A DNA stretch of 64,000 nucleotides from Eledone cirrhosa (GCA_964016885.1 OZ024753.1:39184001-39248000); one strand, 5' to 3'; positions 13,386-27,904 are shown, counted from the first letter of the stretch. The notes: generated from the sequence alone by a model not told the origin. Numbers and translations: made by a program.

Positions 13386-14645
13386 TAACATTAAATTTAA
13401 TGAGGCTGTTCCATTGATGGAACAACTGGAACACTCCTCGTCGAAACCATTGGAGATCCATTCTATTTAATTCTATCTTATTCTATTTTCTTCAATTCTA
13501 GTCTTTATTGTCTTCGAGAAAAGCGCGAACTTCATAACATCACAAGTCGATTGAATTCATTATAAATCTGAAACTTTTAAGAATATATATGATCAATGGT
13601 AGTGATGGTGTTGTTGTTGTTGTTGGTGTTGGTGGTGGTGGTGTTGGCGGTTTTACTGGTGGTAGGTGGTGGTGTATAATTACTGTTGCGTTTTATTTCA
13701 ACTGACATCATTGAAAAATAAAATAAATCGAAAATATTCATAAGGACATTAAAGTAGATCTAAAGGTTTAGTGCGATTTTCTAGACACTTATTTGGTTTA
13801 TAGGAATCTAACAGCTTTTAATATAAAATTACCCGTGGGAGCAAAATGCATTATAATAGAGAAATGTGTAAACAGATAGGTTACGTTGATAACAACAATA
13901 CTTGGCAGTAATTATTCTTGTATGAAACACTACAAAAGTAGATCCCAAATCAATGGACCACATTGATAAGAATAATCAGAAATTATGAAAAGGTTAAATT
14001 AACAAAGTGTTAGAATATTTAAACATAAGGATGAGCGTTATTTGTGAGCAGTACCGCACTTAATACAATGTAGCGATAGAAATATCTTCCTTTATTATTA
14101 TTCTCTTGTATAATGTGTTAACAATTCAGTGAATAATTACCTGAAATTTTAATTACAACTGGCAATTAGTCCTACAACATAATTATCGTATGAATTTATT
14201 AACTATACCTGAAATTAGAATTACAATTTGGCAAGCCTGCTGTTGTATTGTTGTCTGGCAGACTACAGCTTGAAAGAGGGCATATATTTTCTATTCTCTT
14301 ACTAATAGTTTGAATGTGAGTACGGCAATCTCATTTTTAATTCCAACCCGGCTAAAACCGGCTCTGGTTCTATGAAAAACAACGACCCATTTAATGGGTT
14401 CCAATTTTAAGTTAGTAATTTTCAACATAATTTTATATAAGAACCTTGTGTTAATTTACGATCTTAGTTATGAAATTTTGAATAAATTTAGTAAATCCTT
14501 CAATATTAAATCATTTTAAACCAACTGGAATCAAATTTAATTAAATTAAAAGCTTCCAGCATAATTATATTTATAACTGTATGTTAAATTACTATGTTAG
14601 TAACGGAATGATTAATAATTTTAGTAAATCCCTCAAAATTCTTCA

Positions 14646-14863
14646 TTAACCCTTTTGATACTAACTTGGCTTAACTTGTCTCTTGTTCTTTGAAAAAAGA
14701 TAACCCATATTAAATTAATAACCATCAATATAATTTTTCAGTATATAAGAACCGCATGTTAAATTACTATCTTTATAAATAAATATTTAAAAGGTTTAGT
14801 AAATACATCAAAATTAATTAATTGGAATTGACTGTATTTAATTAGAAATATAGTGACGAAAGG
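14646..14863. mobile_element. Degenerate non-autonomous DNA transposon, piggyBac-like ends
   Basis: Starts TTAACCCTTTTGATAC and ends GTGACGAAAGG (imperfect TIR, TTAA at left); a related partial copy lies at ~14340-14640. Confidence 0.4.
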
Positions 14864-16443
14864 TAGAAGTCTTTAATGACACGTCTACTTATAAATAAGA
14901 ACTATTCCTTGTTACAGCTCTCGACTGAATGTAGTTAATATATGTTGAGAGAATACTTCATAGAGTCAGGAAAGGAACAAGTTCCTGCTACAACTGAATA
15001 CAGCTAATAATATACGACTATTCCACTGATGTGATGCTGAATTTAGAGAATTTGGTTTTAATAACTTGAATCGATTCATTTTCTTTTATGGTGATAGGGA
15101 AGAAGAAACGACTGTAGCAGTAAACTTCGTAGGGGTTCTCCGGCTTGTAATGTTCGTGTTCAGATTGAACATTTGCACAGTGACAACTGTAAGGAAGATG
15201 TGTAGACTTGGCTGTATAATTCATAAGGCTAAATAAGTTTGGTGGACTGGAAACGTCGTTAGAGCCTTGGATAAATGTGTAGCAATATTTGCTCCAGCTC
15301 TTTAGGACCAGGTTTCAATTCCCACCGGGGGTGTACTTTGCCTTAGAACCTGCCTGGATCATCAGTCATCAAAATAATACACCGCTGGGTTTATAGAATC
15401 CATAGAATGTTGGACAAAATGCCATGCCAGATTTAATTGCAATTTCTATGTTCTAAATTCATATTCAACAGAGAGCATAGTTCATAATTTCGGAATCGAT
15501 AAAATAAAATACCAGCTATGTACTGGTGTCTTATTGATTGATTCTTTAATTTCTCTTCCCTCTCATCCTAATTGCTGGCCTTGTGCCGCCAACGTTTAGA
15601 AAGAATTATTACTGTGAACTATGATTTTGCTGGTGCGGCTTTCAAGTAGAAGGATGAGGGAAGAATGTGTATTCTTAGTTAATACAATTCCTTTATAGAT
15701 TAAGATCTGTACCTTGGGCGTATGGCCATGTTGACACCTCCATCACTCGAGCTATTTGCAAATATAAACTGATAAAATAAAAATAATCAATATTCAATTA
15801 TTTTAGTGATCAACATTGTCTTTTATTCTAAATGACAGTGAAAACGAAATCGACGAAAATTTCGAATCTAGATAGTATCAGATGAAAGAACAAGAGTAGC
15901 TTGGACAGTTATGGAGACTGAAGTTGGACTGTTAGGTCTGATTTAATTTCGATAAAGAATGAGGGGTTAATTGTGTGTTTAACCTCATTATTACAAGCCT
16001 TCCACACCGTATGTATTACAGAGAAATACAATGTTGCAGTAACACTGCAGTACACAGCAGTACACTGTAACACACTCTTATACAGCATGAAATATTAGTG
16101 ATTAAATAAATAAATAAATAATAATGATAATAATGATAATAATGATAATACAAAGGAAAAAGAAAATGAATAAAAATACCGACGGACAGCGGGCGGCGGA
16201 CGACTGAAAGGATTTGTAAAATGGATTGAAGAAAAATGAAGAAAAATATTATAGAAACATAAAAAGAATTTCGAAAGCAGAGAGAAAGAGAGAGAGGGGG
16301 GAGAGGGTAGAGAGAGGGGGGGGGGGAGAAAAAGGGGCACAGAGAGAGTGAGAGAAAAGTACATGCACACAGATAGATATATGCACACACACACACACAC
16401 ACACAGATAGATATATGCACACACACACACACACACACAGAGG

Positions 16444-16510
<67 letters not shown>

Positions 16511-16634
16511 CGAGAGAGAAAGAGAGAGAAAGAGAAAAGGAGGAAAAGCAAGTGAGAGTGAGAGAGAAAAAAAGATAGATAGACGAAGAGTCATTAAAAG
16601 ACTAGAGAGAGAGAGTGAGAGAGAGAGAGAGAGA

Positions 16635-16694
<60 letters not shown>

Positions 16695-17090
16695 GTGAGT
16701 GAGTAAATGGCTAAAACGTAAAACAAACAAAACCAATGAAATAAGCAGACGACCAGGCTTGTGTTCAACTTGTTACAATCAAATATATAAGATTGACTAA
16801 AAGAACCATTAAGTGAAACAATATGTGATGAAAGAATGTGTACATAAAGTTGCCATGAAGTTGTCCTATACATTATAGCTGGAGTTTTGTCATCTGCTCC
16901 TTGGTTTTGATTGAAACTTTTCATATAATTTCTTATGTCTATGCATGCAAGGGCTCATAACTCTTGGTGGATTCGGAGTGACGCCGGAAGGCCTACCAGT
17001 CTTTTAGCTGCAGTCCTATCAGGAAATTCAGCTCTCGAGTTGACTCGAATCTGATTCTACTGATTCTCGAATCTGATTCTACATATATAT

Positions 17091-17164
17091 GTACGCTAAA
17101 ACTATCCATAATACGAAGTATTCACAACCTCTAACTGGATTGCCTATAACGATATTTTTTGATC

Positions 17165-17168
<4 letters not shown>
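17091..17168 (+). mobile_element. Family D terminal fragment
   Basis: 17091-17158 is the reverse complement of 17867-17934 (68 bp, 1 mismatch); flanked by TA repeats. Confidence 0.75.
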
Positions 17169-17230
<62 letters not shown>

Positions 17231-17234
<4 letters not shown>

Positions 17235-17605
17235 CGTTTCTGAATTTGTTTAGCAAGATTCTTTATCTGAAATCGTGTGTTGAAACCGATATTGTTATAC
17301 TTTGGGAGGGTCATGTTGCCAATAAGAAACACACGCACCAGTTGCTTTCACTTCAATTTATTATATATTTATAAATTTATAAATTTACACATCTACAAAC
17401 TTATAAATTTCTGGTTGGTTGGTTGGTTCCACAACCAGATAGTTGTTTATATATAGTCATAGTCCTTTCGTCACACACTCTGTGACCTCTTCAGTGACTG
17501 GGGATTCCTTTCTTTGTTTCTGTGCCTTTCCTTTCTTCTGTCCTACGCCATTTGGCGCAACTGGTGCGTGTGTTTCTTATTGGCAACATGACCCTCCCAA
17601 AGTAT

Positions 17606-17613
<8 letters not shown>
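17231..17613 (-). mobile_element. Family C element with inverted terminal segment
   Basis: 17289-17345 is the reverse complement of 17557-17613; flanked by (TA)n; contains a complete hammerhead motif. Confidence 0.85.
17455..17499 (-). ncRNA. Type I hammerhead ribozyme (family C)
   Basis: AGTCA-CTGAAGA-G-GTCACA(GAGTG)TGTGAC-GAAA-GGAC-TA-TGACT: 5-bp stem I, 6-bp stem II, minimal stem III, CUA cleavage triplet. Confidence 0.8.
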
Positions 17614-17666
<53 letters not shown>

Positions 17667-17800
17667 AGGGATTGTAACGTCCTGCAACTATAGCTTCACT
17701 AGAGTGAGAACTCGATGCATAGTTTCCAGTAGGTATATTGGTTTGTTCTAAGCAGAGTGTAATAATAATAAGGATGAAGTGTTAGATCTTCATATATGGA

Positions 17801-17857
<57 letters not shown>

Positions 17858-17859
<2 letters not shown>

Positions 17860-18186
17860 CGATAAGAAAATATCGTTATTGGCAATCCAGTTAGAGGTTG
17901 TGAATACTTCGTATTATGGATAGTTTTAGCGTACGGCGTTGCTTGACTCAACAAGGGGTTTACGTAGGTGGCGAGTTTATGAGTTCCCTTGCATTCCTAT
18001 GTAAGTTTATCTTGGAGTAATAATATTGAAAGAGTGAAGAATAACACGGTCAACAGTACAAAAAGGGGGTTTTATTTACAGTCTAACAATTGTTTCACTG
18101 ATTAAGTTGTCTAAACATTGCTGAACATTTGGAGCTGTGCCATTCAATTTTAAATACGCTGTTAGCTTAACCAGATCATCTACTGT
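17858..18186 (-). mobile_element. Family D element with degenerate hammerhead at its 5' end
   Basis: Minus strand: ACAGT-A-GATGA-T-CTGGTTAAG...CTTAATCAG-T-GAAA-CAATTG-TT-AGACTGT (18077-18186); flanked by TA repeats. Confidence 0.6.
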
Positions 18187-18208
18187 ATATATATAATTAT
18201 TTGATTGG

Positions 18209-18258
<50 letters not shown>

Positions 18259-18527
18259 CCAATCAAATGATTTATTACTAGCATTGTTGTAATTGTTGTT
18301 ATTGTTCTAACTGAATGCCATTACTACTTCATATAGTAGCCGCCTGTATAGCCTCTTCATTTTCGCATGCTCCGATGAACTGACTGGTTATAATTTTGTA
18401 TTGGCGATCGAGTAACGTGAAAACAAGCGAATAGCGATCTCTAGACCTACCAGTTCAGAGAAACAATTGTCAGCAATGAGATTAAAAACCTTTTTTGTAT
18501 AGCAAACCATGTCAATCTTCTTTCCTG

Positions 18528-18572
<45 letters not shown>

Positions 18573-20559
18573 GTGGTGGAAGAATTTCTAATGGGACGGG
18601 ATTTGGTCAATTTAGTTGTAGTTTAGTGATTAGCTTAGCTCTTTGCACTCTAATCCTCAATCCATACAAAATTTATATTTACTTATATTTACTTATCTTA
18701 CAAGCTATATTAAACATCATGGAGCAACTATGCTAGTAGATGTCTTGCTGGATAAATTCTTTTATTCCATCCTTGTCTGATTTGGGGCTTAGTTAATTTA
18801 CACTATTTAAAGGCGTACGGCCAATAGTCAAGGTGTAGGACACATCACATTGATATGGGTTCGATTTCTCGACGGACTAGGACTTTGAGTTCTTCAGAAA
18901 AACACTTCATTCCATGTGGCTCAAGTACGAGGTGGATGGTCCCTTTTTAAAAAAAATATATATCTCCTTTATATTATAGAAATACATAAGAATAAATCCT
19001 GAACCCGATTCTTATAGTTATTCTGAGAATCAGAATCATAGTTATTCTGAAATTATTAAGGAAGGTAAAATATAACATGACACACTTTACTGGTGAGTTC
19101 AGGTTTGGTATATATGTTACGCGATACTCATCCAAATTCAAATAAATGTAGAGTTTGAGTACGTCAATGAAAAAAAAAAACGCATTTTCATGAACGTTTC
19201 AGTGATTATTTGAAATATTTTCCTCAGCTCTTTAGTATAGGCTGTTTTTCCATAAGGAGAGTCAATCGCAATGGACGATTTAATTCTAGATGTACATCCG
19301 CTCAAAACATGCTTGATGGTCGCTTCTAAACTACCTTTGTTCATAGATCTTCTTGATCATTGTTGAATTAAGTTTAAGCAACAATTGTGATATATCAGTT
19401 ATATTTTAAGAACCGGCAACACCATGACCATACGTATGATTTATAATATACATACATGCATGTTGCTATTTATTTTTATTTTCGTTTAAACGAGAATTAT
19501 CTTTGGATGCTATAGTTATTTTAGGTGTATCGTAGCAGGGCTATTTTGTATATTATTGTGAAACTCTGAGTCACCAAATGTAATTTCATGTCACTTTAAC
19601 CTTTTATATCAACATCCTTATCATTCTTCTCAGGACAACTTCATAAATATCTCATAAAATCAAAATAATACAAACAATATATGTATAGTTTTTAACAATG
19701 CAACGTCTTCCAATATTTTGTGACTTTGAATAATTACTTCTAAATCATATCTTTCTTACAATGAGGATACTAGATCGAATTTCTGCTTAGTTTGCGATGG
19801 AGTAAAATTATATTTGCTAATAAAATTTTACACGTCCAATGTTTCAATCCAATATGTTTTAATACTATTTTGAACTTTACACAACAACAACAAAAACAGC
19901 AATAATAACAACAACAACAATAATGATAATAATAAGGAGTAGAAAATCCTCAAACTTCATTGAAATTAACTACAAACCATTAAATTTGAAAAATATGGCG
20001 TGGGAATAATTCTAAAATATATCAACTTACTTCTAAAGTGTTCCAGCCATAATTAAAGAATGAATTTTTCGCGTTTCATTATATTCTTCGTAATAAACAA
20101 ATGAATGTGAAATTAAAACCTGAAAAATGTAAAATAATGTTCAAGAACGCTCTTAGAAACTACTAATGACGTGTAAGTCTTTGAGAAAGAAAACGACAGC
20201 AGCAACAACAACACAACGACGACCACCACCGCCAGCAACAACAATGGAATTGCTATGTAAATGTACATTTACAGATTGGTTCACAAATATTCTAATTATT
20301 CTGTGAATCTATTGTTTCTAAAGCTAAATGGTCAATAAGTCCTTTGATATTAACTCTTCGAATTAGAGAATATATTTAAAAAATAAAACATATATTGAAA
20401 TTAAGTTGATTTGATTTGGTTTATGTTTATTATTTATTGAATATATCATGGGTAAAGGATAATGATTGGCAGAATCATTAGAGTATCGATCTAAATACGT
20501 TACGGCATTTAGTTATCGGAGGCATTTAGTTATAGTAGTAATTTTGTTGGACTTACGAT

Positions 20560-20715
20560 CATAATGTCATGATCTCGATTCCTGGACTGGGTTGTGTGTT
20601 GTGTTCTCGAGTAAAACATTTCATTTCACGCTGCTCCATTATACTCAGCTGAAAAGGTGTACCAGCAATAACTGGGAGTTTATTCCTGCGATGGAGTAGC
20701 GTCCTGTCCAGGGAA
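20560..20715 (+). mobile_element. Older second SINE family (degenerate B box followed by TGTGTTCTYGAGYAARACAYTT body)
   Basis: Similar degenerate copies at ~18830-18930, ~38300-38420, ~59650-59720 and on the minus strand at ~42290-42400 and ~53460-53590. Confidence 0.55.
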
Positions 20716-20871
20716 GTCTTGGAATTTTAACATAACGAAAAGGTAAGTAAAGGAATCTTCTGTCAGAAGTTGTATCAGCAATGGAAAGACGAATAGATAT
20801 ATGATTGTTTTATTAGCCACAATGTTTGAAACAGATTTCTGCTCATCAACTAGGTATTATATACTTCCTGA

Positions 20872-21065
20872 GGGTCGTGTAATTGGCATTATCGGTAGAG
20901 GGTCGGACGCCATGCTTTGACGCATAGCGTTACGGCCCTTTCCATTCTGAGTTCAAATCCCACCGAGGTTAATTTTGCCTTTCATCCTTACGGGGTCGAT
21001 AAAGTGAAGTACCAGTAATGCACTGGGGTAATTGCTGGCCTTGTGCCAACAAGTAGAAACAATTT
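20872..21065 (+). mobile_element. tRNA-derived SINE (main family) with 12-bp TSD
   Basis: TSD TATACTTCCTGA at 20860-20871 and 21066-21077. Confidence 0.92.
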
Positions 21066-23107
21066 TATACTTCCTGATTATCTTTGAAGTCCTTGTACAT
21101 ATTTCCTTCGTGGATTTATCAACAACATCACTCACATCTGGACAAAAGTCTGTTTTCTTTATCGGAAATAACAACAATAATAATAATAACAATAATTAAA
21201 GTAATTAGTGGTGTCAATTAGCTGCTGGTTATTAAAGAATGAAGCTGGAGACAAGGAATACATATAAAGTGATAGAAATTGTGAAAATTATTGTCAGCTC
21301 CAAGAGAACAATTTTAATGGGTTGTAGATCCGTTAGCAGTAAGTTTATATCAGCATATCAATAGGTCTGAGAGCTAGCTGCCACTAACCAATGGTTTCTT
21401 TGCCTCGTTTTAAAAAAAAAAAAAAAAAAAAAATTACAAAATTTAAAAAACGTAAAATATAAAAATATTTTAACTTGGCTTTGTTTTGTTTTTTCTTTTT
21501 TCCTCGAGTTTTGCTTATTTTGCCTTTGGGGCGTATGTTACTTCGTTTCTGCTGTCGAAATCTGACGAATATGATCTGCATATTATCGTTTTTGGTCAAT
21601 AGAGTAGATTTTAAGTAACTTTCTTCTTTAAGAAATTTTGCATTGATTTGCTGTTTCTACTCCACTTCTTTCTTTTCATTTGCCAGGGGAAACAGAGTTG
21701 GATGCAACACCAGCCATTCAATGGAAGCAGAAAAAAAAATTCTATTATTTCCTATGTACAACGAACACTTTTTTTGTTAAATACATTTTTTTTATTTAAA
21801 AAAAAATAATTTTTTTTCAATGTCTAATATATTTAATATTTAGCTTCTTTAAACAAAGAAAAGTAAAAAAAAAACATAACTAAATGGAAATATTTAGTGA
21901 TGCGTCTATCCACGTGATATTTGCTATTTGTTTTCTACATTTTTTGTATTATTATTTTTTTACAAATTTCTCCGCAAGTCCTGTTAATTTACATTTTCAC
22001 CTATAGCATCACATGAACTGCTGTCAAGGTTAATATTCGTGCTGCTAGTATTTCACTGGCATCGTTCATTTTCTGCCAAAGTTCCCTTGCTACTACTACT
22101 ACCATAACTCTCTTCTCTTCGTTTGTTATGGATGTCGTTTAGCTTGTCATCGTCGTCTTCGTCAATACTGATGTGGTGTGTTTTGTTGTGCTGGTTTCTT
22201 TTCATTTCACTTTATTTCGATATATTTATTTGATTGTTTGTTTACTTCTTTATATCCTTAAATTTCGCCTTCGGGGAAAAGACGTTATGACGATCACAAC
22301 ATTGGCATCTTTATTGGAAAATAATGCAAGAAAAATATATAAATAATGAAACCTCAAAATGATATCAAATTAAATAATATTTATTTTTTTCTGTTCTTTA
22401 AACATAAAAAAGATAACGTTAAAAAAAGGTGGTAAAACTGTCGTTATATTATTACACTAATTCACCTAATAAATCTAGCAATAATATGTTTTATTTAAAA
22501 CTTTGTAAAATCTGTTACATCCGTACCATAAAACATTTTTGCTCAGCTATTCAGCGTAACTGATAACAGGGAAGAAAACACCGAGAGAGAAATTTGATTC
22601 CACAATATGCGCTGAAAGACTTTATGAATATTCATGAATAGAAGAGAAAAAAAAAAATGAAAAAAGTATCATTTTCTCACTGATGGATGTAAATAACGAA
22701 TCAAATATATTTCCTATATAGCAAAATTTTAAATCCTGTCTACCTATCATTAGATTATTTCTAGTAAGAATTAAAACATGTATAACATTCTTAACGCATA
22801 TTCTTGAAAATAGACCAGTGAGTAACGTGACTCTACTCATGGACGCCATCCACATAAAAAAGCAATAGTGAAGTTAATCTTAACATGCAGTGAGTATTAA
22901 TAATGTTTCCTGACGGAGGCACAAGGCCAATCATTTCTGAAAAGGAATGTTCAATGAGATATCACGAGAACATAAATGTTCGAATTTTCGCTTTGCTTCG
23001 ATGGAATATTCACAGCAACCACACATAGAATTCTAAGATGTTCATTAGTCCTGCCTTAATTAGGTAAAACATTAATGAGTATTTACATATTTTATTCTTC
23101 CAGTGTC

Positions 23108-23214
<107 letters not shown>

Positions 23215-23215
23215 C

Positions 23216-23276
<61 letters not shown>

Positions 23277-23282
23277 TACATA

Positions 23283-23340
<58 letters not shown>

Positions 23341-24000
23341 CATATATATATATATATATACATATACAAATAAATATATACAGGTTGTGCCTCAAATATG
23401 TATACACACTTTGATTAGAATGTTGTTGAATTGTGTATACATTTTTGGGAAGAATCTCTCTCTCTCTCTGTATACTCTGTATATATATATACATAACAAT
23501 TTAAAAAAATTGACTACTAAACTGAAATATATATACATATATATATATATATACACACATATATATATATTATTTTGTTTCTATTTTCAATTTCTTTATA
23601 TATATATATTGCCATCAAAATCCTCTTAAGATAGTATAACATAACCGAACAAGAAAAACATGAATGTTTCCCGGATAGACATATTAATGTCTATAAATAT
23701 ATGTCATCTCTGTAAACCTTTGCATTTCACCAGAATAGAATTTAGTTAATTTGTACAGACCATAATATTTCATCCCATCTCAACACAGTTTTCATGCTGC
23801 ATAGGAATTGAGCATTATATATATGTACAGATATATATTTGTGTCTGCGTTTGTTTCACACACATATTGTATAGTGAGAGTGATAAAGATGTATACATGT
23901 ATAGATTGATACATGCATAAATACACACATACATGCATTTACACATGTATAGATACATATATACTTACATACATATATGCATACATTAATATATACGTAC

Positions 24001-24031
<31 letters not shown>

Positions 24032-24059
24032 CATATATAAATACATATACATATATCTA

Positions 24060-24117
<58 letters not shown>

Positions 24118-24689
24118 CTGATTGCCCATCACACCACCATGCATGTAATATAATCACTCACACACATAGACAAACACACTGACACACGTTCTGAAACTCA
24201 TCCATACATACACACACACATATACACACACACACATATATATATATATATAGAGAGAGCATCAATTTCTAAATGGAGAAGAAGTTTAACATGGAAACCA
24301 TAGTTGATTGTAAGTTCATGTGTGTCATTAACCACAGTCTTCCCTTTCTCTAGACACAGACCAATATTTTGGCCTTGTTATCACACTAATAGTTACACAC
24401 GGTGTTTAGAAATTATTGTAACACAAACACACCATTGGTATTTTGCCAGCAGATTAGATTATCTGTTCGCGTGGTTCTACCTAAATTTGCTCATTCGATA
24501 TGATGAGTTCCGTACTTCTCTGTATTTTCCAAACGTACTAATCTGCGTAATGACCACATAGAAAGAACATGAATGAGAAAATGCCGTGCATTATTCTAAG
24601 ATATTACTTCAAACTTCTTTTTCTTTGAAATAGTTATTATTATTACTGTTCTTCTTCTTATCATTGTCATTATTATTACTGTTATTTGT

Positions 24690-24702
24690 TATCATTATTA
24701 TT

Positions 24703-24790
<88 letters not shown>

Positions 24791-25067
24791 TACTATTATT
24801 ATTGTGCCTTTTTTGGGGCGTACTTGTTTTCTTTTATTACTATAAGCTATTTTTCCTTATTTATTTTTATTTTATTTAATCATTTTTATTTTTATTTTTA
24901 TTTTTATTTTTATTTTTATTTTTATTTTTATTTTTATTTTTATTTTTATTTTTATTTTTATTTTTATTTTTATTTTTATTTTTATTTTTATTTTTATTTT
25001 TATTTTTATTTTTATTTTTATTTTTATTTTTATTTTTATTTTTATTTTTATTTTTATTTTTATTTTT
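24690..25067. repeat. (TTA)n followed by a long perfect (TTTTTA)n hexamer array
   Basis: (TTA)n ~24690-24802; (TTTTTA)n ~24883-25067. Confidence 0.95.
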
Positions 25068-25473
25068 GTAGTTTTTATAATAATTAATTACTTGCTTTTG
25101 CGCTCGTTGTAATAATTTCAGTAGTGTAAAATCGATCGATATTAATTGCTCCCACCAACCCTTCCCACATCCTGAAAAAAATCTATATGTAATCAATAGT
25201 TCATTTAATAAAATATTACCTCGATATTAAGAAAAGTTTCTCTGACTATCACTTGAATATCTTGAACACATTATTTTTGTGGTTTTGTGGTTTCAAACCA
25301 TCGTTGTTCTTGTCTACATTTCATATCTAGAATAAGGCAATGTCGTGAAAAATCTGTATATTTTATATCAGAATTATAATAAAGGTGGTTATCATGAGAG
25401 CCTCTACACCGTTGAACGAATATATATATATATATAAAATTATATGTGTATATATAATTATATATATATATAT

Positions 25474-25597
25474 AAGTTTATTCCGGGTTCAATCGGAGGT
25501 AACCACAGTAAGTAAGGTACTCAATACATAGCAGAGTATAAATATTTAATATAGAAATGGCTTCTACACGACTAGAACTGTTTCATTCGGGAGAAAT
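25474..25597 (-). mobile_element. Family B element truncated at the hammerhead core
   Basis: Minus strand A-TTTCTCCCGAAT-GAAA-CAGTTCTAGTCGTG-TA-GAAGCC plus a tail homologous to 61231-61305 and 35722-35795. Confidence 0.75.
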
Positions 25598-27236
25598 ATA
25601 TGTGCCGGTATATATATATATTCAAATTAAACTGTATGGCTATAGAGCTACCATGCAAAAGATAAAGCCTAAAGAAAGACAAACTTCAAATTGTTATACT
25701 TCTTAGAATTTACCCTTCGTTTATGGTGTCACCAACTCTGATTTATGCACGTAGGCTGCAATAACCCACCAGCCCCTTTATTTAAACTCTAGCACATTTG
25801 TACCAACAATTTAAGCGAAATCAATATAGACATCCTACCTCTCAGCATTTTACTCTGTCGCTGAATCGTCTCCAAAAGGTTGAAACCACCTTTTATTTAT
25901 CCATTGCTCTATAAAAATATATCTTGTAGAAGAATAATACGAACCCTCATTCCTTTGACCAACAGCTCAATATTTTGATCACATAAGTAACTTAGTATTT
26001 CTGTTACTAATAACTTGAGCAATTGAAATTCTCATTAAAATGTACATCAGCGCCATCGCTATTAAATTGTTAACGTATGCATTTCATTGCAACAGTAATA
26101 GCAGAAACAGCAGCTAACTTTTTATATGGAAGTCGATGTGGTTTGAAAACCGTCTCTAGTGTATCTATTTTGTCAGATTTGTTCTGACTCAGAGGAAGAG
26201 GTTGATCTGAATACGTGGTTGAATATATGAATATATTGATTCCCCTAATGAATTTCGGAGAGAAACGTAAGGCTCGCCTTCACGAGAGAAACTAAAGTAA
26301 TGCTTACAATGCCCCAGAGGATCAGGTGCATTCGAATTATATAAGTCAATGGAAGACAACCCTAACCTATCTTGAATCTCGGCATATATCTAACGGAGTA
26401 ATTCATATATTTTCGCTAGAGAATAAACACTAACTCTTACAAAGTCTAGTTTAACAATTTGATAAAGCTAGCAAATTTTAATGCCTACCTCATTATATCC
26501 TATGTTCATTCACTAAATAGTTATTCGCAGAGACATTATTAGAACTTTCAGATAACTAAACTCGGTGTGTTACAAGTTGATTTGGCCATATTCTTTGCAA
26601 CGAATATTGTTAATTCATTCCGAAACTGTAAATACAGTGATGTATCGAAAATAGAAAACAAACCAAAACAATTGTACTAGTATCTTATATTTCTGCTAGC
26701 ATATAGAAATGATAGAGACACACTGAAATAAACTACTATAAACACCGAAACAGACTAAACCAAATATTTGCAATTATCCATTAACCTAATCGAAATCTTT
26801 TTAGAAACCTATATTCCTCTTATTGAACATGTAAACCCAAGTATATTATAATGATACTAACCACATCTCCGGCCGCCCCTTTAAATACCCACCAAACTAA
26901 CAAGTAACTTAAAAATGAAATGAAATGAATAAAGTTAGGTTATAAGCTCAGCAATGGATTAATCTTATTAAAACTAAATAGAATATTTCGCTGAATAACA
27001 CAAATAAACTGGCCACCCGGGCAAATAGTTAAAGCAAATCAGGGTAGACTTAAAACGAAATTAAAACTTATCATCACAAAACAATAAATATTTAAGTAAA
27101 AGCTAAAATCAGAAGTTCATACTAAACAACACATAAATAAAATAAAATAGATGCATCTGAGAGTGTTGTTGTTGTTACTCATATTGGTAGAGTAAGTGGT
27201 AGTTGTAGTTATGCTTTTGGTGATACCAGTAATAGT

Positions 27237-27419
27237 TGTTTCTACTTTTGGCACAAGGCCAGCAATTACCCAGTGCATTACTGGTACTTTATTTTATCGA
27301 TCCCGCAAGGATGAAAGGCAAAGGAAACCTCGGCGGGATTTGAACTCAGAATGGAAAAGGCCGTAACTCTATGCGGCAAAGCATGGCGTCCGACCCTCTA
27401 CCGATACTGCCAATCCACT
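27237..27419 (-). mobile_element. tRNA-derived SINE (main family) with 10-bp TSD
   Basis: TSD CAGTAATAGT at 27227-27236 and 27420-27429. Confidence 0.92.
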
Positions 27420-27904
27420 CAGTAATAGTGTTTGATGCTTGGTAGGGTTTTTACTTGGTTAGTTGTGATTAGTGTAACAATAATTGTAGCGTCATTGAAC
27501 GAAGGTGACAAACACATCAAGTATTATATTATTTCATAACATCAATAGCCGCAAGAAAGTGACAATTATGATAATGATAACAATAACATAATTAATAAAT
27601 AAAGCATTTTATGTGAAAGTTGGGAAGTGCAATGGCCAACCTACGGCAACTGGTATAATGCCATCATATTCATTTTTCACTCTTCCGGGTCTTGATTTTT
27701 CTTTGCGCATAATAGGTCGTTACCCTTTACTAAATGAGACAGTTAAGTTATTTCAGTAAATTCACATCGTTACCGATCAAATCTTACTGGCTTGCCTGCG
27801 CAAATATTTCCATGTATACTTATGTTAATATATATATATATATACATACATAGATAAAAACAGATACACGCACATTATATATATATACATATACATATAT
27901 ATAT

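Noticed and set aside
22040-22200. Short acidic reading frame (IDEDDDDKLND..) on the minus strand
   Set aside because: About 40 codons, partly low complexity, no clear splice sites or family.
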